From Eledone cirrhosa (lineage: Eukaryota): 64,000 nt of DNA. How positions within the stretch are numbered: the first letter of the stretch is position 1; each line of letters starts with the position of its first letter. The position numbers and the translations under genes were made by a program. The stretch lies in the NCBI GenBank assembly GCA_964016885.1, contig OZ024741.1, positions 118,296,001 to 118,360,000 of the forward strand, in the 5' to 3' direction. Below the pieces are notes generated by a model, which had not been told where the DNA came from, searched no databases, and saw only the letters and a program-made list of their open reading frames with translations. This document shows, piece after piece, positions 1-12,980 of the stretch.

Positions 1-949
1 TTAATCTCGATAAGATATAAGGATGGGATATAGAGTAAAGATTTTGATTGTGAATCCCAGCCAGCACCTCCTAACCATGAGTCAGCCAGTTTCGAATAGT
101 ATTGTCCAGCGAAAGAAATGGAAATTAATTTTTCCGAGTACTCTAGCTACCTTAGGCCCCGGGAGTGCTAGCGGGAAGTCCACAATTTCGACAAGCCATC
201 GTCTATACCAACGAATATTATTAATTCACACATGAGGGGTTTATTTACATGCCAGTAGAGGCATGATACAGCTAACAGTTATGCCTAAACCTGGAGTTTA
301 TAAGTATATGGCAGTCAAAACAGGCAGCACGGTGGGACCGGGGCAAAGCAAATCGCTCCGAGTAATTTCGTTTATTGAAAGAGGGGAAATTTATTTTTCC
401 AAGCACTCAAGGAAGGCTGAACTTTCCGAGTGCCCAGCGCGCAGCTGGGAAAAGCCACCCATAAGTCGAAGGTAACAACCCAATTTTTTCTTTTTTTTTT
501 CTTCTTTCTTCCTCTTTTTTTTTGACGGAGAGGTGGTAGTGTATTATAAGCCTTCGCCCTCTCACCAGATGGTCATTAGTAGATTGAGTTGCCATCACTT
601 TGGTCAGTTGTCCTCTTTGTCTCTGTCTCTGATTTTTTCGGACCCATGGTTTTTTACATATTCCTTTGTTATATTCCAATACCTGATGATATCACCAGAT
701 TGATATGGAACCCGGTCATTGAAATGATCATAGTATAATAAACCTTTCAAGGATTTACACCAGTCTAGCCTCCTGTTATTTTATTTATAATTAACTCCGT
801 ATTCACACCACCAACTACACAAACGAAGACAGGTAAACTGCACTACGTTGAGTACTCTCCACAATATTACACCAAGATTGACCATACGGAATGACCAATT
901 CTATCCAGTGGTGAACCAACAAACCTAAAGAAATATATATATATATATA

Positions 950-1023
950 CTGGGTGTCCCCTAAAAATGTATACTCACTTCAACAGCATTCTAATATGTG
1001 TATACATTTTCTGGGACACCCTG
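950..1023. mobile_element. Tc1/mariner-type mini-MITE (74 bp)
   Basis: TA|CTGGGTGTCCC..AAAATGTATAC ... GTATACATTTT..GGGACACCCTG|TA; imperfect inverted ends flanked by TA. Confidence 0.7.
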
Positions 1024-1589
1024 TATATATGCGCGTGTGTAGTGGAGGCCCCTTATTATGATCACTTTGAGGTGAAGCTTTTTCTATAACAATAGGAAGG
1101 CCATCCAACCAGTGTATCGATGCCAAAACGATTATCAGCACAGCAACAAGTAGATAGGAACAACAAAATATGATGATGATGATGATGAATAACCTTATGC
1201 AAATAGTGTTTGGGACCTAGTGATTTTGATAACAATCTGTTGATATCATGCTGTTGATATCATGCTGTTGATATCATGCTTGTTTATCTGCTCTCACTAT
1301 ATGTGTGTGTTCTCTTGTGCAAAACAAAACTTTAGTTTTTGAAGGAACAGTGTAAGCTAAGCGAAAAGGTCCACAACTAGAAATTGAAATCAGGTCACAC
1401 GCACCCTTTGACAAGAAGTTTTTAATTAGCTCTTATTCATGAATACATGTATATACATATAAAGAAGTTACACTGCTACCATCATATGTTGAAATGTGCA
1501 TTGATTTCATAAACAAACATTACCCATTTTAAGTCATATGTATGTATTGATTATGTATGTCTGCTATGCCATAATAAAAAGCACTCAGT

Positions 1590-2175
1590 TCATATTGTAA
1601 GGTGGTAGTGCAGGTTCCAAAACAAAAAGCACCTAGTCCACCCTGTTAAATGGTAGTAATGGTGCCATGACAAGAAGCACCTAGTCAAATTTGTAAGGTG
1701 GTAATGCTTGTGCCACAACAAAAAGCTACTAATCCACTCTGGTGCATGTGCTAATGTCATAATAGTCACCCTATCCACCCTGTAAGGGGGTCATACTGGT
1801 TCCACAATAAAAAGCACCCAGTTCACTTTGTAAGGAGATAGTGCTAATGCCACAATAAAAATCCCCCAGTCCACCCTGTAAGGTAGCCATACTCGTGCCA
1901 TGATAAAACACATCAAATTAACTGGTTCCATGACCCCCCCCCCCCCCCAAAAAAAAACCCCATCCAGTTCTCACTATAAGGTTGTAAGCCAGAAGTACAA
2001 TAAAATGCTCTTAGTACATGTTGTAAAGTGGTTGGCATTAAGAAGGGTATTCATCAGTAGAAACCAAGCCAATAACGGCATGTGGGCAAGACATAATCAC
2101 TTGACCAGTGTAGTCTCAATAGTTACAACCTGTCTAACCCATGCAAGCTTGGAGAATAGACATTATACGGTGACA
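1590..2175 (+). repeat. Degenerate ~47-bp tandem units followed by an old RTE-type 3' tail
   Basis: Repeated AAAAGCACCCAGTCCACCCTGTAAGGTGGTAGTG-like units, then GTGGTTGGCATTAAGAAGGG...AACCCATGCAAG as in the LINE 3' ends. Confidence 0.6.
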
Positions 2176-2768
2176 TTTTAAGTACTGGTCATCAGTCTGA
2201 GTTAGTTTCTATTCAAAGTTACTGCTTTCCTAGACCAGTTATGTTCATAAATTGTGCACTTGATAGTAAAACCGTATGCAAGTGAAGTGCAGACACCCCC
2301 AGCTGGCTTATTTGGAGGTCAGTAGCCCCGTGCTTCAGTACTGACATGCAGGGGCGAAGGGTCCGTGCATGCGTTATAGAATCTTGAGTTGATCAATTGC
2401 GTTAGTTGAAGCAAGCAGAATTTTGGCTGCTTACTAAAACGTATAAACACAAAAAAAGATAACACACACACACACATACACACAACAGCTTTGGAGCAAG
2501 CAGAATTTTGACTGCTTACTAAATCGTAGACACATAAAAAGATAACACACACACACACTAGATAACACTACATGTGGCTTTGACGGGGGGGGGGGGGGTA
2601 AGGTGACATTGCCACAAAATGTTGAACACCACACATAACATCTTTGTGTAGGAACCATCATGTCTCCTTGAGCGAGCAACACTACATTACATGATGTTAA
2701 GAGTTAAGCTTTGTTTATAGAGATGACTTTGTTTCATATTTCTAATGTTTTCTTTTCTTTTTTCATAG

Positions 2769-2919
2769 AATGGTTAAAGAATTTTTGGCGCAAAACAACA
2801 CTGGTCAAATTCGAAAGCTCTTACGAGTGCTTGGTGAAGATTTTGCTGTTTCACATAACTTAAATACCAGGAAAGGTGGTTTAATGGGCTTAGCAGCCAC
2901 TGCCATTGGCCTTGGAAAG
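2769..2919 (+). CDS. VAC14: VAC14 exon (probable exon 2): MVKEFLAQNNTGQIRKLLRVLGEDFAVSHNLNTRKGGLMGLAATAIGLGK
   Basis: Polypyrimidine tract plus ATAG acceptor at 2768; AAG|GTAAGA donor at 2920; 151 nt. Confidence 0.95.
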
Positions 2920-3867
2920 GTAAGATTAAGATATTGTTTGTGTCTAAAGAGAGCTATTTAGTCTTGTCATGGATATGACAACCTCTCTAATGCTGGTACC
3001 ATGATAAAATAAACCCTGTGCACTCTGTAAAGAGGTTGATATCAAATATACCTTAGGAGGAAGAGGGCTTTTTAGTCTTGGTAAATACATGTCATTTGCT
3101 TTAGTGCTTGTGCTTTGATAAAATAGTTTCTGCATTTGGCTCATGGCCAGCAGTTTAAAATGAAGAGGAAATTCAATTTAATCGACCCCAGTACATTACT
3201 GGTACTTTATTTTATTGACCCCATAAGGATGAAAGGCAAAGCCAACCTTGGCAGGATTTCAAAGGGCTGTAATTATATGCCGCAAAGAATATTGTCTGAT
3301 GCTCTACTGATACTGCCAATCCACTGCCCACGGTGGTATGATAATGTGCACTCAGTACTCCCAGTAAAGTGTTGGCAATCTATTGGAGTCAGTGGAGGGT
3401 ATAGAGGGATATTTAGTCTTGTTGCGGCCATATCAACCTCTTTAGTGCTCGTCTCATGATAAAATGCGTTCTGTACACTCTGGAAAGTGGATCGCAATCG
3501 ATTCTGAGATAACATAAGCTTGAGAGAGATCTTTAGATTTGTCATTGTCATTTCAACCTCTCTAGTGTTTGTACTATGATAAAATACACCCAATACACTC
3601 TGAAATGTAGTTTGACATTAGGGGGGGGGGGGGGGGGGGGCATCCAGCCATAGAAATCATTTCAAAAATTGAAACGTATGAGGGAGACATATTCCGTTTT
3701 GATCTGCCTTGGAGAGTAGTGACACTGAATAAAAACAAACTCTGACTGAAACAACCCATCCAACCCATGCCATCGTGGAAAGCAGGTATGAAACGATGAT
3801 GGCAATGGTGAAACTAATGTTTTAGTTGTGTATTTTTCATGATTAAAATATGACTGCAGCCTTTCAG

Positions 3868-5071
3868 CATCATCATCATCATCAACGTTTAACGTCCGTG
3901 TTCCACGCTTGCATGGGTTTGGACGGGGGTTTTCCCACTTGAGGCAAGAGTGATTATCTTGCTCGCATAGGACTATCTGGCGGGTTTTCTACAGCTGGAT
4001 GCCCTTCCTAACACCAACCACATTTACAGTGTGGGGCTGGGAGGTTTTTACCATGTTGCCTACACAGCCACATTACAGCGTGGACTGTCTGGCGGGTTTT
4101 CTACAGCTGGATGCCCTTCCTAACACCAACCACATTTACAGTGTGGGGCTGGGAGGTTTTTACCGTGTTGCCTACACGGCCACATTACAGCGTGAACTGT
4201 GTGTTTTTTTGACGTGACACTACACGATCTCATTTGTTTCGGCCTGGATGTTGTGGCACCAACATAACTTTAGATTGAAAGGGGCGGTGTGGATGGGGTG
4301 GGGGTGGTAGGACGGGGGGTGTATTTTGTTAGAGATGCCTACTGACTGTAGTAGGTTTTACTTTGTATTTAGGTAAGGCGGGTCTTCTCTATTACTGAGT
4401 ACCGCCAAAGGTCTCGGTCCAGTGACATTGTCTTGGTGAGGTGTAAGTGTGTGAGGTCGGAATTTATCAGCTCGTCCCAGGTTTTTCTGGGTCTGCCTAT
4501 TCCGTGGCTACCGTCTATCTTTATTGCCCTGCACTTTGTTATACAGCTATCGTCCTTCATGCGCATCACGTGACCATACCAACGTAGCCTTCTCTCGAGT
4601 AAACAACATCTGATCCCTCTTATTTCTAATTTTTTCCTTAGTTCGTTTATGCTTTGCCGTTCACGTATATTACTATTACACATCCAGCGGAGCATGCAAG
4701 CTTCGTTCCTCTCTAGTCTGCGTATATCCTCTGCACACAATGCCCAGGTCTCACTGCCGTGCAACATTGCTGTTCGTATGCAGGCATCGTACAACCTGCC
4801 TTTCATTTTTAGAGAGAACCCTTTAGCGGCTAATAGTGGTATAAGCTCTCTGAACTTTTTCCACCCAGTTCTGACTCTAGCTACTGTACTTTCAGAGCAC
4901 CCTCCCCTACTGCTGATTTTGTCACCCAGGTAACGGAAGCTGTCCACTATTTCTATAGAACCCTCTGCGCAGTTGAAAGAGCTAGTGTCCTCTGGGCACT
5001 TGCTGCTACTTATTGCACCAGAGCACCGGCCACATGTAAAATCTATGTTCTTAGTTAGCTTACCTGTGATC
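3868..5071 (-). mobile_element. RTE-clade LINE, subfamily A, 5'-truncated copy A1
   Basis: ORF 4369-5250 carries the RT C-terminal part (FRYLG, RLRWYGHV, GRPRKTW); (GAT)n tail; probable TSD TCAGCAT; 112-bp tandem duplication in the 3' UTR. Confidence 0.93.
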
Positions 5072-5624
5072 AGCATGTTTTTATAAAATATTATAACCCT
5101 AACTTTGTTTTGAGACTTACAGGCCATTTTAAACAATTCTTTATATAAGCAATTGGCTGACTTAAGAAGCATTGGGAAATATGAAATATACTCATCCCAA
5201 TGCAAATGACCATAATAATAGTTCATTATGATAAATAACTGTTGAGACAATCAGAAAAAATGCAAAGGAACATTACCTGGTCTTCTCAGAGTTGTGTCAA
5301 GGACAAGACTGCCTCCCTAGTGTTGATGGCCTACATGATGAATGTACCTGGTACATGCTGTAAAGTAGTTGATGATAGGAAGAGCATCCAGCCATAGCAA
5401 GATTGTCAAATAAAGAGTTGGGAGGACCCTTGAGTTGTGTCAAAGACATGACAACTTCTCCTGTGCACTTGGTAAAATGTGAGACCGTTCATAATCGAGA
5501 TGTGGATCCCTGGCCTGTCAGTGAGATCAGTTGTCTCACTTCAGTACTGACATGGTCTGTGTAGACCTGTCCAACCATTGTTAGTAAGGAAAGCAGATGT
5601 TAAAATGACAATGATGATGACTAT

Positions 5625-6025
5625 TCCGAGCTAAAATCCCGTCGAGGTTAGCTTTGCCTTTCATCCTTAGATGGTCGATAAAATAAAGTACCAGTAATAC
5701 ACTGGGGTCGATTTAATTGACTTTTCTCCTTCCCTTCAGATTACTGGCTTTGTGCCAAATGTAGAAACTATTATGGTTTTTTGTGTTGGAACGAGCACAT
5801 TTCAAATTTCAATATTTCATATATTTTTTTTTTTTTGTTATAATCTAATAACTGTTTCTACTTTAGGCACAAGGCCAGCAATTACCCAGTGCATTACTGG
5901 TACTTTATTTTATCGACCTCGTAAGGATGAAAGGCTAAGTCAACCTCAGCGGGATTTGAACTCAGATCGTAAAGGGACGTAACTATGCTGGAAAGCATGG
6001 CGTCCGACTCTCTACGATACTGCCA
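5625..6025. mobile_element. Two tRNA-derived SINE copies in opposite orientation; further copies near 36400-36790, 38790-38985, 58510-58685 and 59490-59905
   Basis: Recurrent consensus GAGTTCAAATCCCGCCGAGGTTAACTTTGCCTTTCATCCTTACGGGGTCGATAAAATAAAGTACCAG with a Pol III B-box-like motif. Confidence 0.75.
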
Positions 6026-6029
6026 ATAA

Positions 6030-7773
6030 CACTGTGTAACATACTTTTTGTTCCCTGGTTCTTAGTGTCCTGGTTTGTTATATCCCATTATTATTAAAAA
6101 AAAAACACTATTATTTAATCAGAAGTTTGGGTTTGTGGTCAGGAGTTTGATATTTTGAAATTTTCATATTTTTCAAGAAAAAACACATTTAAAAAAAATT
6201 TATCAGTTCATATAATTAAATCAACAGAGTATATATTTATTTTATTACACAAGCTTATCAAAAGCAAACAAGTAAAAACAAATAACACTTATAAAGTAAC
6301 TTATACACGTCAGAAATGACTGGATTTCCTGGATTTGCGGTTGTAGTCCAGGTCGCATTCTTGCACTAGCCCCCAGATATAGTCCCCCATCATTTTTTCA
6401 TTGTAGGGGCCCTGGTACCTCCGCTCCATCTCTTTCACATCTTGGTGGAATCGTTCGCCTTGTTCTTCTGAGTAGGCGCCCATATTGTCCTTGAATTTTT
6501 CCAGGTGAGCGTCCAGCATATGGAGTTGAAGCGACATCCTGCATCCCATGGCGCCAAAAGCCTTTATCAGATCCTGCACCAGTTGCTGGTAGTTTTCAGC
6601 TCTGTAGTTGCCCAGGAAGCCCTTAACAACTGCCTTGAAACAGTTCCATGCTGTTCTCTCAATCCTATTGAGCTTATTGGAGAACTCGGTAGACTCAAAC
6701 ACCTTCTTTATCTGAGGTTCAACAAAAGTTCCACCTTTGATTTTGGCCTCAGATAACTTGGGGAAGAACTCAAGAAGGTACTTCAAAGCAGCTGATTCTT
6801 GGTTGAGAGCCTTCACAAACTGCTTCATCAACCCCAACTTAATGTGCAGTGGCGGCATGAGCAAAATCCTGGGATCAACCAGTGGCTCCCACATGACGTT
6901 CCGGGTCCCAACTACAAATTCTGTTCGCTGCTCCCAGTTCTTTCTTTTGTAGTGGTCAGAGGTGGCTCTGCTGTCCCAAAGGCAGAGGAAGCATTGGAAT
7001 TTGATAAAGCCTCCTTGGAGTCCAAGGAGGAAAGCCACCATCTTGAAGTCTCCAATGATTTCCCAATTGTATTGGTTGTATTGCAGAGCTTCCAAGAGGA
7101 CTTTCATGCTGTAGTAATCTTCCTTCAGGCAGACTGAATGAGCTAGGGGCAGTGTTGGGAACTTGTTTCCATTGTGGAGGAGGACAGCCGTCAAACTTGT
7201 GGTGGAGCTGTCTATAAATAGCTGCCACTCCTTGGGCACAAACGGCACCTCAATAACGTCAAACAGTCCAGGCACGTCATGGCAGAAGCAGAGGCCATCC
7301 CTAAGAGTGTAAAAGCCTGAGAAAGGTTTGTCGACTTCTTTGACTTGTCACCTGCACTTCCTCCTTGACCAAGCTCCACTGCTTCATCCTGGGGATGAAT
7401 GCTTAAAACACAACTTACCCTTAATTCAAGGTGCGAAAATCCAGTATCAATAAATCTCTTTAATCCACTTTTTAACAATTTTATACTTTATTGCACTTTT
7501 ATAATTTTCTTTAGGTATTACTCTTTATTTTATAATTTTAATTTAACCTGAAACATATATAAAAAAATCATTTAACATAAGCAAATTAAACTTACATACA
7601 ACGTAAAATCTAGCATACAAATAATTCAAGTAAATAGCTTAGAATTTTTACAAACCCAAACTTTTAACTGTTTAATAGCACTTTTTTTTAAAAATTTATT
7701 TGGGACCTAAGCAACACAAAAAAAGTGATTACAAGCCAGGAACAGAGAAAACATTTTTTTTTGTTACACGGTG
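6030..7773 (-). mobile_element. Chapaev3-like (CMC superfamily) DNA transposon, internally deleted
   Basis: TIRs CACTGTGTAACA / TGTTACACGGTG, 3-bp TSD TAA on both sides, subterminal inverted similarity (AGTTTGGGTTTGT / ACAAACCCAAACT). Confidence 0.85.
6310..7390 (-). pseudogene. Chapaev3-type transposase, C-terminal ~350 aa; N-terminus deleted, frameshift near 7330
   Basis: Motifs WQLFIDSS, GDFKMVAFLLGLQGG, CFLCLWDSRA, PPLHIKLGLMKQFVKAL, SEEQGERFHQD. Confidence 0.85.
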
Positions 7774-7842
7774 TAATTTAAAAATACTTTTCATGTATCG
7801 ACAACTTGATATTTTCTTTTCTTTTTTTCTCTTACATTCTAG

Positions 7843-8010
7843 GAATCTGATAAATTTGTTAGTGGACTTGTGAAACCTGTGCTAGCGTGTTTCCATGATC
7901 AAGACAGCGGTGTCCGCTACTACGCTTGTGAGGCTCTGTATAATATTGTCAAAGTCTGTAGAGGTTCTGTGTTACCATATTTTAATGACATTTTTAATGG
8001 ACTGAGTAAG
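7843..8010 (+). CDS. VAC14: VAC14 exon: [56 protein letters not shown]
   Basis: TTCTAG acceptor; AAG|GTGAGT donor; 168 nt, phase 0-0; absent from the ORF track, translated by hand. Confidence 0.95.
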
Positions 8011-8100
8011 GTGAGTCATTGAAGGCAGTTTTATGATTTTTTTTTTTTAAGAACATTCAGTATTTACTTATAAAATTTTCTGTAGAAGTAATGTATGTGT

Positions 8101-9570
8101 ATCATCATCATCATCATTTCCGTTTAACGTCAATGTTTCCATGCTTGCATGGGTTAGACAGGTCATCTACACTGGGAGGCAAGTCCGGCAGAAACTCTAA
8201 ATTTGGCTGGGTATTTTACAGCTGGATGCCCTTCCTAACACCACATTTACAGTGTGGAACTGGATGGCTCTGTTATGAGGAGGGACAGGCCAGTTGGCTG
8301 TGCTGAACCTGTCTCACAATGAAACCATGTTTTTGGAGCCCAACCCATCACACAGTGGAACTATAGTTTTGGAGCCCAGTACTGGATGGCACCGATACGA
8401 GGAGCCTGACCCATCTCACAGCACAGCCAGTTTTGGGGCTCGGTACTGGGTGGCACCATTATGAGGAAGGGTGGCCAGTTGGCTGTGTGAAACCCATCAC
8501 ATAACGTTACCACAGTTTTGGGGCCCAGTACTGGATGACACTGCTATGAGGAGGGACAGGTGCGGAACCACAGTTTCGGCGTGTGGCATTGGATGGTACC
8601 ACTATGAGAAGGGATCAGTGATACCGCTATGAGGACAGACAGGCCAGTTGGCTGTGCCAAACCCTTCTCACAGCGACACCCCAGTTTCAAAGCTGGGCAC
8701 TCTCCACACGACGGACATCTCAATACAAAACCGGACTCTGGCAGCCTGGGACTGGGTGGCACTGTTATGATTAGGGACAGGCCAGTTGGCTGCACCAAAT
8801 CCTTCACATAGCAGACCCTCAGTTCAGGTATTGGATGCTATGTGACTCCACTATGAGGAGGGACAGGCCAGTTGGCTGCGCCAAATCCTTCACTCAGCAG
8901 ACCCTCAGTTCAGGTATTGGATGCCATGTGACCCCACTATGAGGAGGGACAGGCAGGTTGGCTGTGCTGAACCCTTGTCAGTGCAGAACCACGGTTTCAG
9001 AGCTCGGCACTGGTGACACCACTATGAGAGAGGGTCAGGACACTTGGCTGTGCCAAACCCCTTTCACAGCGGCACACCAGTTTCGGAGCCGGGCCCACTC
9101 CATGCGACGGCCACTTCTTAGTATGAAACCGGATAACCACATGTGACTCCACCACGTGACCAACCCTTCTCAGTATGAAACCACTTTTTGGGAGGGACCT
9201 GGAATTGGATGGCATCACTATGCAAAGAGGCCAGGTGGAACCCAGTACTGGATGGCACCGATACGAGGTGCCTAACCCATCTAACAGCAGAGCCATAGCT
9301 TCGTGGCCCAGTATCGGATGGCACCACCATGAGGAGGGACATGCCAGCTGGCTGCACCGAAGCCACCACACAGCATAACCATGGTTGAGGGGCCCCGATA
9401 CCGGATGACTCCGCTATGAGGAAGGATAGGTGCGGGACCGCAGTATGGGAGACTGGCCCAGAGCAAGTACACTTATTTATTTTTTTTAGCCCGGCGTAGG
9501 ATGACACCACTAAGGGAAGGGACAGGTCGATTTGGCCATGCTGATCCCCTTCCAGAGCAGCACCCCAGTT
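8101..9570 (-). repeat. RTE-like 3' tail (8101-8250) joined to a GC-rich degenerate tandem array of roughly 60-85-bp units
   Basis: Recurring TGGATGGCACCACTATGAGGAGGGACAGGCCAGTTGGCTGTGC core; near-exact duplication at about 8775-8950. Confidence 0.7.
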
Positions 9571-10071
9571 CAATTTGGTATTTGTGCCAAACCTTACCTA
9601 TGGTCATAAAACTCGGATAATGATGATCGCAATACAAGCGGCCGAAATAGAGTTCCTCCAAAGGGTCATTTGAGTAACATTACTCGATATAGTGCGTAGC
9701 TCGTAGATCAGAGAGTCACTCCAGGTAGAGCCACTACTTCTCCAAATTGAGATCTTACAGCTCTGATATTAAGGGCATGTGGTTAGAATGTTTCAGGAAA
9801 GAATCACTGAACAGATTTTCCGGGCAAAACCAACTGGCAGGGGTAAACCCCAAGAAAGATGGTTGGATAACATCCATGAGCTTTGAAGAGTTAGTGATGC
9901 ATATAGGAAAATAAACAGAGCATTTATAATCATGATTTAAAGGAGGCGAATTAAGTTACACTTATTAAATAAGTTTATTCGTTTACAATTTGAAACGATT
10001 GTAAGTGAATAAGCTTATTTAATAAGTGCAACTTGATTCTCCTTTAAATTCTGATATATATATATATATAT

Positions 10072-11113
10072 ATCATCATTTTATGTCCACTTTTCCTTGC
10101 TTGGAAGGGTGGGATGGGTCTTTTAAACATGGTATCTCTCCATTCGTCATGCTCCTTTGTCATCTCCTCGGTGAGTGTCAGCGATCTGAGGTCTGCTCTC
10201 ACTACCTCTCCCCATATTTTTTGTGGTCTACCTCTACTGCATCTTCCATCTACTGGGATTTCTTGCCACTTCTTTACCCAGCGGTCATCCTCTATGCTCA
10301 TCACATGTCCATACCAACGCAGTCTTCTCTCTCGCTCACTACAGCCTATCCCTCTTATACACAGTTTCTCTCTCAACTCGTCTATGCTTGGTCGTTCACG
10401 CACATTGACATTGCACATCCAACAGAGCATGCTTGCTTCATTTCTCTCCAGCCATTGCATATCTTCCACAGTTGCTGCCCATGTCTCACTACCATGCAGC
10501 ATTGTGCATCTCACATAGGCATCATATAACCGGCCTTTCGTTTGTAGGAGAAACCTTTCTTTGTCAACAGAGGAAGCAGCTCTCTAAACTTCTTCCAACC
10601 CGTCCTTATTCTGGAAACTATGGCCTCGGAGCACCCTCCTCCCTTACTAATCTGGTCACCTAGGTATCGGAAGCTATCAACCACCTCTATAGGTCTTACT
10701 CGCATTTGAAAAAATGTGTCTATCACTGCGACTTCTACTGTCAAATTTCCCTGTACATCTACTGCATATATAGTTTTCCCTACCTGTTAGCTTGCCTGCT
10801 ATCCCACTACATCTCTTGTGTACCCAAGATCTGCACTGTGTACATTTTATAGAATTTATGCCAGTTCCTTTTCTACATATTGAACATGGCCATTTCCCAT
10901 TTCCCAGATGGAATCAGAGTTTTGTCCTCTTTCTTACTATCAACACCTTTGTCTCAGTCCTCTTGATTCCAGCTGCTGTTTCCATAGCCAGAATTTATTC
11001 TCTAGCTCCTCTACTGATTCTGCTATAAAACCAGATCGTCAGCATAGAGAAGTTCCCATGGGCAGCCAGTCTTAAACTCCTCTGTTATGGCTTGGAGGAC
11101 TATAATGAACAAG
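10072..11113 (-). mobile_element. Older RTE LINE copy (subfamily C), frameshifted
   Basis: ORFs 10044-10514 and 10511-10744 plus PWELLYADD at about 11035-11060; PHD-like Cys cluster at about 10755-10900. Confidence 0.88.
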
Positions 11114-11809
11114 AATATATATATATATAAAGTGTATCAAACATTTCATCTGTTACAGTTTTTTAATTATATCATCTTTTATGTCATATCCAATTTAGCT
11201 TTTAACATACTGTCAGCGGCATAGGGCACCACAGAGTAATCTCCCTTTATGATAAATGCATTGTCAAGGGAAACAACTCACAAAAATGACTACCATTGGC
11301 CTAGAAAGAGCACCCAACTGTGAAAACCATGCTAAAATAGAACGTATGAGCAAGACAGTAAAACAGAAGGCTCTGTATATCTGTGATGTTTCAATATATA
11401 TATATATATGAGAGACGTAAAATAAGAAAATTATAAAATTAACTTACTTACTAAAATTTCACTCCCAACTAATTAGTTTCTGAAATGGAATAAATATACT
11501 TTCCGAAGAAAATATAAAGAAGCATTTCATCGTCAGGGAAGACTATTCCCAGCTAAGTATCCAGGCAAAGCGTGGACTCTGGAAACTTATACAAAAATAA
11601 TTCAGTGGATAGAAAATAGCAAAGCGTGGACTGAATTCCTAGCCATTGAGAAAATCACTGCCTCTGCGTCGGTGGCAAATTCAAAAAGAATCAATCGCGT
11701 GACATCGAGGTCAATCAGTGGAAAGTGGTTTGTTAATAAGACAGCGGCCTGCCTGCTACCATAGCAGCAGTCTTGGCCAATATTGCTCGACAAATAATTT
11801 GGAAATAAT

Positions 11810-11954
11810 TATAAAGAATTAATATCTAGTAACATATATATACATACAGATGCATATCAATGCTAGCAAATATATAGGTTACTAAGACAAAACCTATATA
11901 TTTGCTAGCATTGATATGCATCTGTATGTATATATATATGTTACTAGATATTAA
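11810..11954. repeat. Near-perfect AT-rich palindrome (arms ~62 bp, loop 10 nt)
   Basis: 11819-11880 is the reverse complement of 11891-11954 apart from one extra TA unit. Confidence 0.92.
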
Positions 11955-12965
11955 GCTCCTTCAACTGCGCAGAGGGTTCTATAGAAATAGTGGACAGCTT
12001 CCGTTACCTGGGTGACAAAATCAGCAGTGGGGGAGGGTGCTCTGAAAGTACTGTAGCTAGAGTCAGAACTGGATGGAAAAAGTTCAGAGAGCTTATACCA
12101 CTATTAGCCGCTAGAGGGTTCTCCCTAAAAATGAAAGGCAGGTTATATGATGCCTGCATACGAACAGCAATGCTGCATGGCAGTGAGACCTGGGCATTGT
12201 GTGCAGAGGATATACGCAGACTAGAGAGGAACGAAGCTTGCATGCTCCGCTGGATGTGCAATAGTAATATACGTGAACGGCAAAGCATAAACGAACTAAG
12301 GAAAAAATTAGAAATAAGAGGGATCAGATGTTGTTTACTCGAGAGAAGGCTACGTTGGTACGGTCACGTGATGCGCATGAAAGACGACAGCTGTATAACA
12401 AAGTGCAGGGCAATAAAGATAGACGGTAGCCACGGAGTAGGCAGACCCAGAAAAACATGGGACGAGCTGATAAATTCCGACCTCACACGCTTACACCTCT
12501 CCAAGACAATGTCACTGGACCGAGACCTTTGGCAGTACTCAGTAATAGAGAAGACCCGCCTTACCTAAATACAAAGTAAAAACCTACTACAGTCAGTAGG
12601 CATCTCTATCAAAACACACCCCCGTCCCACCACCTCCACCCCATCCACACCGCCCCTTTCAATGTAAAGTTATGTTGGTCCCACAACATCCAGGCCGAAA
12701 CAAATGAGATCGTGTAGGTGTCACGACAAAAAAAAACAGTCCACGCTGTAAATGTGGCCATGTAGGCAACACGGTAAAAACCTCCCAGCCCCACACTGTA
12801 AATGTGGTTGGTGTTAGGAAGGGCATCCAACTGTAGAAAACCCGCCAGACAGTCCTATGCGAGCAAGACAACCACTCTTGCCTCAAGTGGGAAAACCCCC
12901 GTCCAAACCCATGCAAGCGTGGAACACGGACGCTAAACCTGATGATGATGACGACGATGATGATA
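11955..12965 (+). mobile_element. RTE LINE subfamily A, 5'-truncated copy A2
   Basis: ORF 11990-12568 nearly identical to A1 and A3; full 3' UTR; (GAT)n tail. Confidence 0.93.
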
Positions 12966-12980
12966 ATTCTTTATATATAT

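Noticed and set aside
1-930. Short ORFs and non-repetitive sequence; searched for VAC14 exon 1
   Set aside because: No NDKLYEKRK-like peptide or other recognisable domain; cannot be assigned.
2325-2360. GC hairpin containing CTGA, possible hammerhead ribozyme
   Set aside because: Lacks the CUGANGA...GAAA core arrangement.
8250-9570. CRISPR-like repeat/spacer appearance
   Set aside because: Units are degenerate along their whole length with no unique spacers and no cas genes; the context is a eukaryotic intron.
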